Source: Marsupella aquatica (taxonomy: Eukaryota; Plantae; Marchantiophyta). From it: a stretch of 64,000 nt of DNA. Below the pieces are notes generated by a model, which did no database searches, was not told where the DNA came from, and saw only the letters and a program-made list of their open reading frames with translations. The translations under genes and the position numbers were made by a program. How positions within the stretch are numbered: position 1 is the stretch's first letter; each line of letters begins with the position of its first letter. Positions 1 through 11,464 of the stretch are shown piece by piece. The DNA lies in assembly GCA_973895155.1 (NCBI GenBank), contig OZ316898.1:7365079-7429078 (forward strand). The letters are read 5' to 3'.

Positions 1-893
1 CATTTTCGCTAATTGAATCTGAGTCTTCCCAGATTGGCCCAAAGGTCAGCTTGGTAAACTTGACCTGGATGTCAAAGTCGTCCCATTCTTTGTGCTGAAA
101 AGCTGGCTTATGTTCCGACATTCTCCGAACTCCCATTGTACGAACAAGTAGTTCGTTAGGTCTATTTCCTTACAAATGGTCATCCCATTCGGAAAACGCG
201 TCTTTTTGGTTTCAAGGTTTCTCCAAAGACTTGGTGTAGAGGTCGAAACAAAACATGATCGTTATGCTCATTGCGTGCAGGACCGGATGCAAGCCAATAG
301 CCAGATGTAACTTAACTTGACACTGAATTAATTGGGATTCCTATTATTTGAGATAACCTAAATAGGGAACAGTTCCTCAAAGATTAGATTGCGCCAGATC
401 GCGTGCTAATGATATGTGTTACCCAAGGAATTATGTCCTATGTTGGACTTCATAATTGATCGTATTCGTGGAACAAGGAGAGAAACGGTCTCTTCTATTG
501 TACACATTTGTTGTAGGTGAGTTATAACGAAAGGGATTTTTCTTATTTGTAGATTGATTGTCACAAACTGAATCAGAGAAAACCTCAACATACAAAGAGT
601 CTCTGAACATCTGGAGTCAATATGCCTTCCTCGTTATTACGAACAGTTCTTTATGCAATATATCGGGAAAATCTCCTCGCAGTACATACTAGAATCGTTA
701 ATGGTTGCACAGTTGACTTTCCAAGATGATAGTTGAATTTTTCAACTTTTTGGTCCTGGACCTCTCTTGAATTCATGTAAAGTCTGATGTTGTCTACATG
801 CTAAAAAATTACCTCACGTATGCCGATTGAGGCTTGCTCTTCAATATGTTTACAGAGGAATTTCTTACTCTGGTTGTGGCCACTGACTTGCAG

Positions 894-2813
894 AGGGAAA
901 CGTCCTTCTTTGACCCCTGAGATCTTTATGTTCCTTGTTGCCCTTGGATTCTTTGGGTGAGCATTTGTCTTAAAGCCCATAACTTGTCTTGTACTGAATC
1001 AGAGCAGAATCCTCGAGTAGTGCAGCTAAGATTTATTCTGAGATTGAAATTGGATTTTTCGATTGCTAGATCTAGCGTCCATCTTGGGCATACATTATTT
1101 GTTGTTTGTGTATAAGCTGTTAAATGAAAATTAGTGGGAAGGTGTTTCATTCCAAAATTATCAGGCTCGTATGTTGGGTTAGATATCATTTTAACTTCAT
1201 TTTCTTCCTCAGAGCTTTCATTACACAGATGCTATCACTGTATGGGTTAATGCTGACCTCTGCAGCTTATGCTTCCACAATATCAGTTCTCACTCCACTC
1301 TTTACCTTCATCATCTCGACGTCATGTGGGTGAGTTAGTCTTTTTCCTCTATACAGCTCTAGCTTTTGATTATATACCCGAGCGTTTGTGTGCCATAACA
1401 GTCCCTGGTGGACAAATGCGGCAATATCCTCTGATTTTAATTGACGGTTTATCATGTTTCCTTTACTTGAATATAACCAAAGACAGATCCAGAAGGGCTT
1501 ACGATCTGATATTTCTCTCAGGTTTGAGCAAATTCGATGGAAAAGAGCAGATGGGCTAGCTAAATTAGGGGGCCTAATTAGTGCAATCTTTGGGGCGGTG
1601 GTATTGGCCATCTATCTTGGCCCTGTTGTTATAGGACATCTGAACTCTGGTGTACAAGAAATTTCTTTATCAGATTTGGATATAAGAGGACCTGCTGCAG
1701 ACACATCATTGTATTCCAGTATAGGGCCTTGGCATCTTGGGGTTCTGCTACTTTTTATTGCCGGATTCACCCTGAGCCTCTCCATCAGTATTCAGGTACT
1801 TCATGAACCCTAGATTCCTGTTTAGGGCCTTGTTTGACTGTAATTGGTGAGAATATGCTGGACTGCTTGCTCCATAGTTGTCCGTGCAAATCATGCAAAA
1901 CTATATTCTAAGCCAACCATGTCTTTGAAATTTTCTGCTCCAGGCTCCACTTATGGCAAGATACCCAGCTCCAATCTCTGCGTCTGCTTGTGGATATCTG
2001 ATCGGTGCAACTATGCTTTTCACAACAGCTCTCTTCACTGTCAAGGATTGGTCTGATTTGGTGATAACTGAGAGATCAGCGGTGGTCTCGTATGTCTACA
2101 ACGTGGGTGCCTCCTCAATTCCTACAGTCCTCTGTTAGTTTACTTTTGTTATCCCAAGGAGCATTAGTTAAAGTCTGTGGGTTTACTTTCATGACTGGAG
2201 CCTAGCTTCTGGACTTTGAATGACCGCTTACATACCATGCAGGAGCCTGCAGTCCCAAGAGAGATAATGTGCCGCCGTGGCTTGTGTTCAGGGTTTGGTC
2301 CCAGCAGCTTTCAACTATACCACACTGATATGGTGTGTTCAAAAGGCAGGGCCAGTTCTTGTAGGATCATATATTCCGCTTCAATTGTTCACTGCAGCTG
2401 CCCTGGCGTATATATTCCTTGGTGAAAGTATTCATCTGGGCAGGTATGCTTTCGATCAAGACTTGAACTTTGACATAATCATTTAGTAACCTGGCAGTTT
2501 GTTGGTATGTAGAGTATCGTACTTGTATTCATGACCCTTCAAAAGGATCGCGTGTACTCTTGAACAATCTTTCATCTTTTTCGCCTTCTCAAACGCTTTG
2601 AAATGTTATTTGTGTCCCATCAACTTTTGATTTTGTGTTTTTTGGCGCAGTATTTTGGGAACTGTTCTTATCATCAATGGGCTTGGTTTTATCACTTGGG
2701 GACAAGTTAAGGGTCAAACTGAGGAATCCATCGCATTAAAAATCGCTTCATCGATGGATGGCGTACCAATCACTGCAGCTGCCCAGAGTCTGGACGAACC
2801 CCTACTGGGCTAG
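894..2813 (+). CDS. WAT1-related / UMAMIT (nodulin MtN21, EamA) transporter, 5'-partial (first exon not found, probably upstream of the window)
   Basis: Exons 894-956, 1213-1329, 1522-1795, 1944-2102, 2292-2443, 2651-2813 with GT-AG introns and consistent phases. Peptides GKRPSLTPEIFMFLVALGFFG, TQMLSLYGLMLTSAAYAS, AKLGGLISAIFGAVVL, QAPLMARYPA, WCVQKAGPV, FLGESIHLGSILGTVLII match the family. C-terminal LDEPLL dileucine-type motif. Confidence 0.9.
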
Positions 2814-4064
2814 GCCTCTGCACCACATGATGGCTTATCATTTCCGGGTCCAATCGCTATATTTGGGCGTCTCAAACCTCTTGAGTTTTGCCTCCGGTCA
2901 TGGTTAAGGTTGTTTTCTGGAACCAAACTGGCGGACACAAATTAGCTTGTCCACATACTTGTGACCGCAGTCCAAAACTGGTACATTCAGGCGAGGGATC
3001 TTTTTGCGGACCTAAAGGTTTGAGACGCCTTATTATTGAATCAAGTCAGGAAGGAATGCCCTTCACACAGAAAACATCAAATGGCAGTAAATTGATGTTT
3101 ATTGTGACAAAGGTGCCATGAAGCAACGGTTTTACCAGTAATTTCCGATAGAAACATACTTTTATGGCCTAGGTTGAGAGTGAAGCCTTTAGATCTAACT
3201 TGGCCTGCCTCACTTAACTTTTGGGGTGCAGGGAATGGAGACAAATCATAATAAGGAATGTTTTTCTTGTTTTTCTGTAGTCACCCATATTTATAGGTAG
3301 TCAGGGTAGTCACAATGATCATCTATGTAACCATTTTCTGCTGGCTGACACTGCTTTCTTTGAGCCCTTGATGGCTTGAAATTTGTTTAGACAACCTCAT
3401 GTAACATAGAAAAGATACTTTCCGTTCAGGCAGGCATTTTCAAAGGTCCATACTTTGGAATAGAATTACAAATTACTTCAACGATCAGACATTGATTCTG
3501 TACCTGTCCGACTGTGTTTCCGGGGTAAGTGGTGGAGCAATGATGAATATCTCCAAATGAGATTCTCTGTCATTTCCTGCGCTTGTGGGCTTTCTCTTTG
3601 CTCACTTCTTTTGAATCGTTAGTTTAGTTTACTCTTTCTTGGTTTTTAAGGGTTTCTCTTTGCTCACTTCTTTTGAATTTGGTTGTTGTCTGGTTTGGAC
3701 CTCTATTTTTGTTCTTTGTACTCTGTTTGGCCTTTTCAGTTTGTATTGTTTTCTATAGGTACACTCAAATATCTGTGTTTCGCAAAATTTAATCCTGGAC
3801 CAGAGGGATTTGTTTTCCCCATCGTGGGTTGTGTAACAAGGGCTCTCACGTTCCACACAAAATTCTCACTGACGCGCTGCTTTTGGAAAAACACTTCACT
3901 TTTGAGAATGATGCCACTATTAGTATTTCCAGGTGCCTGGACCAACTGTAAAACATGCAGATTTTTGGCAGACTTGCAAATCTGGTTTTTGGTGGACATG
4001 TGCTTTTATTTTGACAGCTTTTGGATCTCTGTCTAAGCTCAAATCTTTCCGACATGTTCATCAG

Positions 4065-4385
4065 TGATCCCAAGACTTCTTACCATAATCGAGCCTACTC
4101 CCTAGACTTCTCACAAAAATCCAGATCGAAAATGAAGATCTCTCCACATCGGAGTTTTATTGTCAGCTTAACTTTCCCTAGTCCCAGGACTTATCATTCA
4201 AATCTCTCTCCGCATCGGACTTCGATTGTTAGTCTAAATATCTGTAATCCCAGGACTTCCCACAACAATCGAGATCGAAAATTAAGTTCTCTCCACATCC
4301 GACTTCTGTTGTCAGTCTAACTTGTTCTAATCCCAGGAGCTTCTCATCGAAATCTCTGTCCACCGGACTTCGATTGTTAGACTGT
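4065..4385. repeat. Degenerate repeat array (~65-85 bp units, roughly dimeric ~150 bp) upstream of the GST
   Basis: Recurrent TCTCTCC(A/G)CATC(G/C)GA(C/G)TT...TTGT(C/T)AG...TCCCAGGACTT cores at ~4139, ~4203, ~4288 and ~4353. Confidence 0.7.
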
Positions 4386-4663
4386 AACAAGCGAAGTCCA
4401 TTGTGGAGAGAGAATTAGCAGTCAGCAAGATCAAGTCCTGAAGATTACTGGTCCCGGTCCTAATCGTATTCTTAGAAGTTGGAGCAGATATGGAAAAGTT
4501 AAAGAAGAAAATGACTTGATTATGTCATTCGAGGAGTACATAGAAATTGTTGCCTGCGGTTTCTCTGCCTCGCGCATAAAGGGATCCACAGTCCCTCAGT
4601 TCTTCAGTTCTATTTTCACTAGCAATTACCAGCAGCTTTCAATTGAAGTTCTGCAGACACACC

Positions 4664-5464
4664 ATGGAGTCGAGCACTGCACCAAACCCCTCTCCGTCAC
4701 CTTCCTCGGGTGTGGGTGTCCCCACCCTCCACCATCTCTCCTCCTCACAGTCCCTGCGCATCCTCTGGGCTCTCGAGGAGCTCGTCGCAGCCAACCCCAG
4801 CTTCACATACAAGCTTGAATTGCACCCTCGTGTGAAGGCACGGGCGCCGAAGGAGTTGCAATCCATCCATCCTCTCGGCCTCTCGCCCATCCTCGTCATC
4901 GAGCCACCGCCACAAACTTCCGCCGGCTCTCCAGACGAAGAACGCACTGTGGTCACCGAGAGCCGTCTCATCTTGCAGTATCTTGCGGATCATTACAGTG
5001 ACGGACTATGGGAGCCGCAGAGCCGAAAGGATAAGGTGCGGAACACCTATTTTCAGGAGTTTGCGAACGCGACGCTGGGGCCCAAGATGTCGACCGTCCT
5101 CCACTTTGAGGTCATCCCAGCACTCCTCCCCTTCTTTGTTCGCCCCTTAGCTTCACTCCTATTCAATGGCGTCGCTTCCATCATCAAAAAAGATCTAGAG
5201 AGGCCGTTCCAGCTTATGGAAGGTGCTCTGGCCGATAGCGAGGCTGCTGGGGAGCAAAACAACTGGTTCGCGGGCGAAAACATCGGCTTGGCGGATTTTT
5301 GCCTCTCTTGGCCGATGGATTTGTCCACTCAGAGGGGCTACTTTGATGCATCGAAATACCCGAGGATCGCTGCGTGGTTGAGTAGAGTGCATGAGAGAGA
5401 TGCTTATCTTCAGGCTAAGAAGAAAGGCGGGACTTATGATTTGGTTACGTTCGATTGGAAATAG
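4664..5464 (+). CDS. Glutathione S-transferase, fungal GTT1-like, intronless (266 aa)
   Basis: Uninterrupted ORF from CACC-ATG-G at 4664 to TAG at 5464. N-domain TLHHLSSSQSLRILWALEEL, RAPKELQSIHPLGLSPIL, TESRLILQYL. C-domain WFAGENIGLADF, YPRIAAWLSRVHERDAY, KKGGTYDL. Confidence 0.92.
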   Translation: MESSTAPNPSPSPSSGVGVPTLHHLSSSQSLRILWALEELVAANPSFTYKLELHPRVKARAPKELQSIHPLGLSPILVIEPPPQTSAGSPDEERTVVTESRLILQYLADHYSDGLWEPQSRKDKVRNTYFQEFANATLGPKMSTVLHFEVIPALLPFFVRPLASLLFNGVASIIKKDLERPFQLMEGALADSEAAGEQNNWFAGENIGLADFCLSWPMDLSTQRGYFDASKYPRIAAWLSRVHERDAYLQAKKKGGTYDLVTFDWK

Positions 5465-7313
5465 ATTTAGTTTTGTTGCGGGTGGCTTGGTTTGAGGTTC
5501 CATCGCTTGATGGTCGATGAAATTCTTTGACTGATGGTAGGAATGGCGGATTTTGAACGAATTGAACGTGGCTTCTCGTCCCGCGGCCTTAGGGAAAACG
5601 TTCTATGTAAAATGCTGTACAGTAGCTGTCAAATACGTTTGGTTTTGCCTTGGCAGAGGCAGGAGACCTCCGATGTTTGTGCTAGGCGTATTTGATTTTC
5701 CGAAGCTAAGAACGAATTGGAGGGTCAATCGGTCACTCAATCTTTCTTGGCTGCTTTACTTCTTCTGATTGTTTGTCTATTAAGTGGATGATTTCTTAAC
5801 ATTCTGCATTCTGAGTCATTCATTTGATTCTTAAATGCCTTGAAACCATCCTTGTGGAGGAGTTAGAAGAATATATGCTTGAATTTATGTACAGAGTTGT
5901 ATTGAAGTCCTTTCTGTGTGAACGATTAGTGGTTGCAAGGGAAGTTCTATGGTTTGTGTGCGGGTTTCAAGGCACCAATGCAGCCTTAAGATCACCGGCC
6001 CGTTCACTTGCGACTTCAGGGCCTAGATCACAACCCCTAGTTTCGTCGCCGAAATGCATAGCCCAGGGACTTTCCAGAGGCCTTCTGGGGCAAGAATTTG
6101 TTGAATACCTATGAGGAAAGGACACCCCTCGACCACAAATTAGGATCTGCTTTCGCGTGTGATGTAAGTCTCCGCTGGTCTTTCAACCCTATGTAGCATT
6201 GGAGACTAAATCACGCTGGAAGCAAGTTTCTGTGACTATTGGAGAGTATCACACGCTAAGCAAGTTTTTATTCTGAACAATCACATAGAACAGTAGCTTC
6301 TATTTCATTCTAGTGCCAGAAGAATCAAACTGAATTGTGGAACAATGGTTTAGAATAGAGGATAAAGAAAGCCATGACAACGACCTGGGACATTCTGAAG
6401 GAAGTGTAAAAGTCTGAGAACGAAGTAGTGTTGTAAGGAATTGTGAGTCCTGTGTGTGTGTCTCAAATGTGTGTATGTCTCTCATGGCAAAAAAAGGCAG
6501 TCTCAAAAGCGCACCACAGCTTAGAAGGATTTGACAGAGAAGTCCGAAGTCTCAAAAATCTATCAAAGCACACAAGGATTTGAGAAACGGTCTTAAAAGC
6601 CCAAATGGATTTGAGAGAGATGTCCCACGGCCGTTTCTAAGCTCAGAAGGATGGATTGAATGAGTACCAACTTTGCGAAGTATTGTTTTGAGTAGGAGAC
6701 ATGAACCACGAAGCTTCTAATTTATGTCACGGAACAGTGAGGCTTTCAAAATGAGCAAGAAGCCAGCCTACTTTAAGTTGGACCACATCGGTTATTGAAG
6801 CATTGTAGGTTTCAAAGTACCACAATGAGTTTCGGAAAGTTCTCACCAACTGTCAAAATTGAACCTGGATAGCAGAAAGCAATGAGCAGGAAACTACTCT
6901 CCGTCCCTCAACATGATCCCTTTCCACAATCCAAGATGCTTGCTTGTGAGCTGCACCCACAAGAGATCAATTCCGGCCAGGTTCAAGCTTACGAGCCTAA
7001 TATTTACTCTTGTAAAAGGCGTTCTTCGCATTCTCGAACAGAACAACTTCCTTCTATCTAACAAGCACACCGTGACCAGCTCAAGAAAATTATTGCATGG
7101 TCCTTGGCCATGCCTCAACTGGAGCTGAGCCCCTGCTTATGTTGACCAATCGACCCCTCGAATCAACCATTGCAGCTGGAGAGAGAGACGAGATGAAATG
7201 AAAATTCATCAAATGTCCAAATGGTACTTCACTGTTTATGAATTCAACCACAAGAGGAGGACAAATCTATCGAACCAGTAAATTTTGTCGTTCAGAGCAA
7301 AGCAAGAAGGCTT

Positions 7314-8232
7314 TCATGCATACACTCTAGATTTAATAACCTTGTCAGTGGGGCACATCGGCCGAGACAACCCTATACACTTGACTAAGAGAACGATGAA
7401 TACAAATCTTCCATTCGTAGAGCGTTCTGCACAGTGCATAGCAGAGAGGACACCTCCATCAGAGGTATCAGAATCTGCAGAAACTGCTTGTGAGTTGAGA
7501 GTTTCCAACCAGGCTCTGATTGAATTACTAATAAGACCATTCATCACCTCGTGCAGTACATTCTAAGATTCTAGCCAGCGCCAGTCATGTTAATGAGAAC
7601 CTTCAAGGCCAAACCCCTAAATCTCAGTTTCTGCTACTCACTTCTCATGAAAGCCAGCTGTCACGACGTTCATTTAACGATGCGGAGAATACATGAAAAG
7701 GGTTGTAATCCAATCTGGACATGGGATTTCAAATGGTACCATTTGACCTGGGCATGATATCTAAAATAGAGGATATACCTCTGGATCACGTGGATTCCTC
7801 AATTCCTTCTACAGCAAAGTAAGGTACATGTTCCAATTGCACAATTGTGAAGGAGCTCCCGTAAATCTCCCGTCCTGAACTTTGGTCCAGAGTTCCCGTG
7901 ACGATGCAGTAACTGTGAAAAGAGAAGATACAGCATTCAAGGAGAGAAACGGCTTTGGTTGCAGAGGCAAATCCGAAGCCACATGCATGTTGATGAAGTG
8001 TCTAAGGGCAAACGATAGTGCAGAATCCTCTTGACAAGCCCCAGTATTTGAATATAAACGCTCCAAACCTGGATATGGTAGGAGCTTGTCGGATCCGAAA
8101 TCTGCCTGGGTAGGTAGGTTCCAGAGGAAAATCCTTTATACAATTTGGCAGATCAAATAACTCCAAAATCTGCTTGGGCGGATAAATTACAGAACTAAGC
8201 TCAGAATCTCTTTGAAGTAAACCTCAGATACA
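7314..8232 (-). pseudogene. Decayed reading frame of unknown family (probably transposon-derived)
   Basis: ORFs 7809-8066 and 7314-7547 share one frame. Protein-like sequence continues through several scattered in-frame TAA/TAG/TGA codons. Confidence 0.4.
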
Positions 8233-9940
8233 CCTGCTTGGCACCCATAGCTACCGATTTAGAAGAAAGGAAAGGGTTCGATTAGGTCGACCCGACTTAG
8301 CTGATTAGATGAAGGTTGGCTGTGGAGAAATGTATCAGTGGGAAGAGACAGGGACACATCTGCAATGAAGTCGCTCTTTTGTTACTAGGACGTCTACGAT
8401 TCATGGGGTGCAGATTCCATGCATGGACTCTCTTCCTTTCTGGGTTCTGGGTCACTGGTGTTGCCAACTTCCCAGAACCAGCAGGTGAAGACAAGACTTG
8501 ACCATGGCCGTCACCGAGTTGAACACGATAGAGCATCGCCGCTCCTGAAGAGCACAGAGAGTTTTCACACAGAAGCTTATCCCCTCCAAGCAATGTCGCT
8601 TCAATCTGGTCCAAAAAAAATTCCTAGTCGTCTTGCGAACCATTAATCCCTCCGACCCAATCACATCACCGCACGAGCAGAGGGATGAGAGATATGAAGC
8701 TAATACTCTTCCGAGTGATGCAAGTCAGATCGACCTCTTCGTCCTCCCTCGCCCGCCACTTCTCTTCGGGAAGTAAACAATGTCCCGACTTCAATAACCC
8801 AATTCAATGTTCTGTCCCTGTATCTCTCCAGCTCAAGAGTAGATCAATGTACCTGTCCGTGCATGCGTCCCTTGGTAATAGAATCCCCCACCCCTCATGC
8901 AAGAAAGTGCAAAATCCGGAAATAAAGAAAGGAATAGAGGTTTCTGAGGAAAGAAAGGCACAGAGCTGTAATCTGTGCAATTCTCACTGGCTGCTGCCCT
9001 GCTGAACTAAATGTCTTGACCATCATGCCCAGAGAGAAGCGACGGCACAGGAGCTCCCTGCCCTTGTTCTTGCGACTAAAATCAAGCATGGAATGAAACC
9101 CTCATGACCTCGATAAACCCTCATCCCATTGCGAGCCATGATGTCCCCCAACTTATGCGTGTAACGTTCTCCCTCTCTTGGTTTAAACTGGGCCCCATAT
9201 TAAATTGACACTAGTGCCCTTCAATACAGCCCCTCGCCTCCACAACGTTGCAGTATTGTTCGTTCGTTCCCGCTATCTCTGCTCCGCTTCTCTCCCTCTT
9301 GTCACGTGGAACTGAAATGGCACTTGCCCTTCATCCTTGTCGTACCTTTGACCTTCACCTTCACCTTCACCCTCGACAGACAGCAGCCACGTCCATACTC
9401 AATGGGTCATGTCCAATTGGAATTTCAACTCAAGAAATTGAACCGAATCATCCATATTCTAAAGATGCATTCCTCGTGTCCTCGTGTCCTCGTGTCCGAG
9501 AAATTGTATTTTGCAGAAAATCCACTTGACCACTTTCTCACAACCTTTGCAAGTCTTGATCAAACATTAAGGGCGATCATGCGAGCCACACAGTACCACT
9601 CCTCTCACTCTACATTGAATTCAGTACACTGAAGTATCGATGAGGCAGGGGGGACAGAACAAAACGAGTGCGATACGAGAGTTGACGACACAGGCAGCTC
9701 ATCCAGTTTCAGAATGAATGTCTGATTGTGCCGAAGAACCTGAATGAATCGACATGAGCAACTACAATAGCAGCAGCAGCAGCAGGACGATAATTCCAAG
9801 AAACGCAGGCAAGCCCAATTGTTGCCCAAGAAATTGTTGCAGCTCAAGAAATTGTAAAGATGATGGTCCCTGTCGCTCATGCACACTTTGCTTGGCTTTC
9901 CAGTTTCCTTCAAGGCAGTTAACCCATGGTCCTTGAGGTT

Positions 9941-10270
9941 TGTTAACCCCATCAGTCATGAGTCACCCATATCAGTTATGAGTCACCCATATCAGTCATG
10001 AGTCACCTCAGGAGCCCTTGTCAAACTTGAACATCAATTTAGCTGTTGGTTTTTTTTTTCACTCAGCAACTAAGCTGAGTGAGTAAATTGCCACTTGGCT
10101 GTACGTCCTCGTGCGGGCACTCGGCTAACCTTGCTGAGTCACTGTTTCAACTCGGCAGCTCCGCTCAATTGTCTTGGGGGCCTAGCTGAGTAGAAAAGTT
10201 ATACATGCAAATGACTGATGGGAGCGACTAATAGGTGATATTGGGGACTGATAATGGATGGGGGTTGCAA
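9941..10270. mobile_element. Possible MITE-like remnant with inverted ends and 20-bp tandem repeats
   Basis: CCCATCAGTCAT (~9948) and ATGACTGATGGG (10211) are perfect inverted repeats. Three ~20-bp units of ATCAGT(C/T)ATGAGTCACC at 9951-10008. No TSD verified. Confidence 0.35.
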
Positions 10271-11168
10271 TACTCCCTTCATGCCTCTATGCATGACACA
10301 AAATTTTGTCTACCTTGATTTAGTTTCTCTTTTTACCCATAAATGATGGGTTCCTAGTTTGTACCAGTAACATATACTTTGCTTTCCTTCTGCCTCCCAG
10401 GCAATACAATTTCCCTGCCCTGTTTTTTGTTCTTGATTTGGATTTCAAGGGGAAAAGACAAGAATTCATGCCCCGCACAACATTTTCCTACATTATGGGT
10501 TTGTTGTCCATTGTGTTTATTTTAGCCAGGGTGGTTAGTGTGGTTTTGTGGTGAAGCAGAAGATGCTATCCAATTTCCCTGGATTATTTTTTGACCATCA
10601 AACAAATCCAGGATTTTTCACATCAGAATTCCAAACCCAAACACTGAGTGACTGAGAGGGCAAAACCTTTAGCATGGAGGTCAGGCTAAGGGTGAAGATG
10701 GTCGAGACCTAATTTTGTTCTCTAAGACAATGCTCCAACTGCATGATGATGATGCAGTGCACATACCCAGAAGTGCATAAACTTAAACTCCCCACACTTA
10801 TGGGGTAGTGCATATACCATGGATAAGTGCAGGCTTGGGGCATCTCCTGGGGAGCTTGCACATAGACAACAAAGAATGATTGTACAACAATTTGCGTGAG
10901 ATCATACATAAACTTCTACAATAATTTGTTTTGTGCTCACCTCTCCCACAGCTTGCATAGAAATTCACTCTATATCAGCATGAATCAATGCCAACTGTCA
11001 GATTTCAAAGAAGATTTGTCAGGGCCATCCAATTGTGGAAAGAGGGGTTGTGAGCAAGGATTTGAGTGCACACATGTGAGACACAAATCACATGAAAATT
11101 TGACCATGGATGACTGTGGGGATGAGGATGCATGGCAGGGCCGTGTGGAGAGGCACAAAAGGGGATGG

Positions 11169-11464
11169 TGTAAGAAACGGTCGGCTCCAAACTAGACAGC
11201 AATGAGGAACATGAGAGCACTCAATCTCACACTACACCAACAAGACACCACGATGGAGAACCTCCTGAAGGATCCATAGCTCATGAGAAAGTACATGGGA
11301 ATAATGAGAGAGAGAGAATGCTCTCCCTCCAACCTATATTCCCAAAGGGGGCCGAGATATGTGGGCCTAAACTAAGCGGATCTTATCCTAATGTGATCCA
11401 GGGTTAACTAACCCTAGTAAGGCCGAACTAACTAGAAGTCAAGAACTTGAGTCAATTCCTAACA
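11169..11464. mobile_element. Solo LTR (296 bp)
   Basis: TGTAAG...CTAACA ends and near-perfect 5-bp TSD GATGG/AATGG. Homologous along its length to the interrupted solo LTR at 51048-51243 plus 57288-57386. Confidence 0.8.

Noticed and set aside
4639-5503. Antisense ORFs over the GST
   Set aside because: Shadows of a GC-rich coding sequence.
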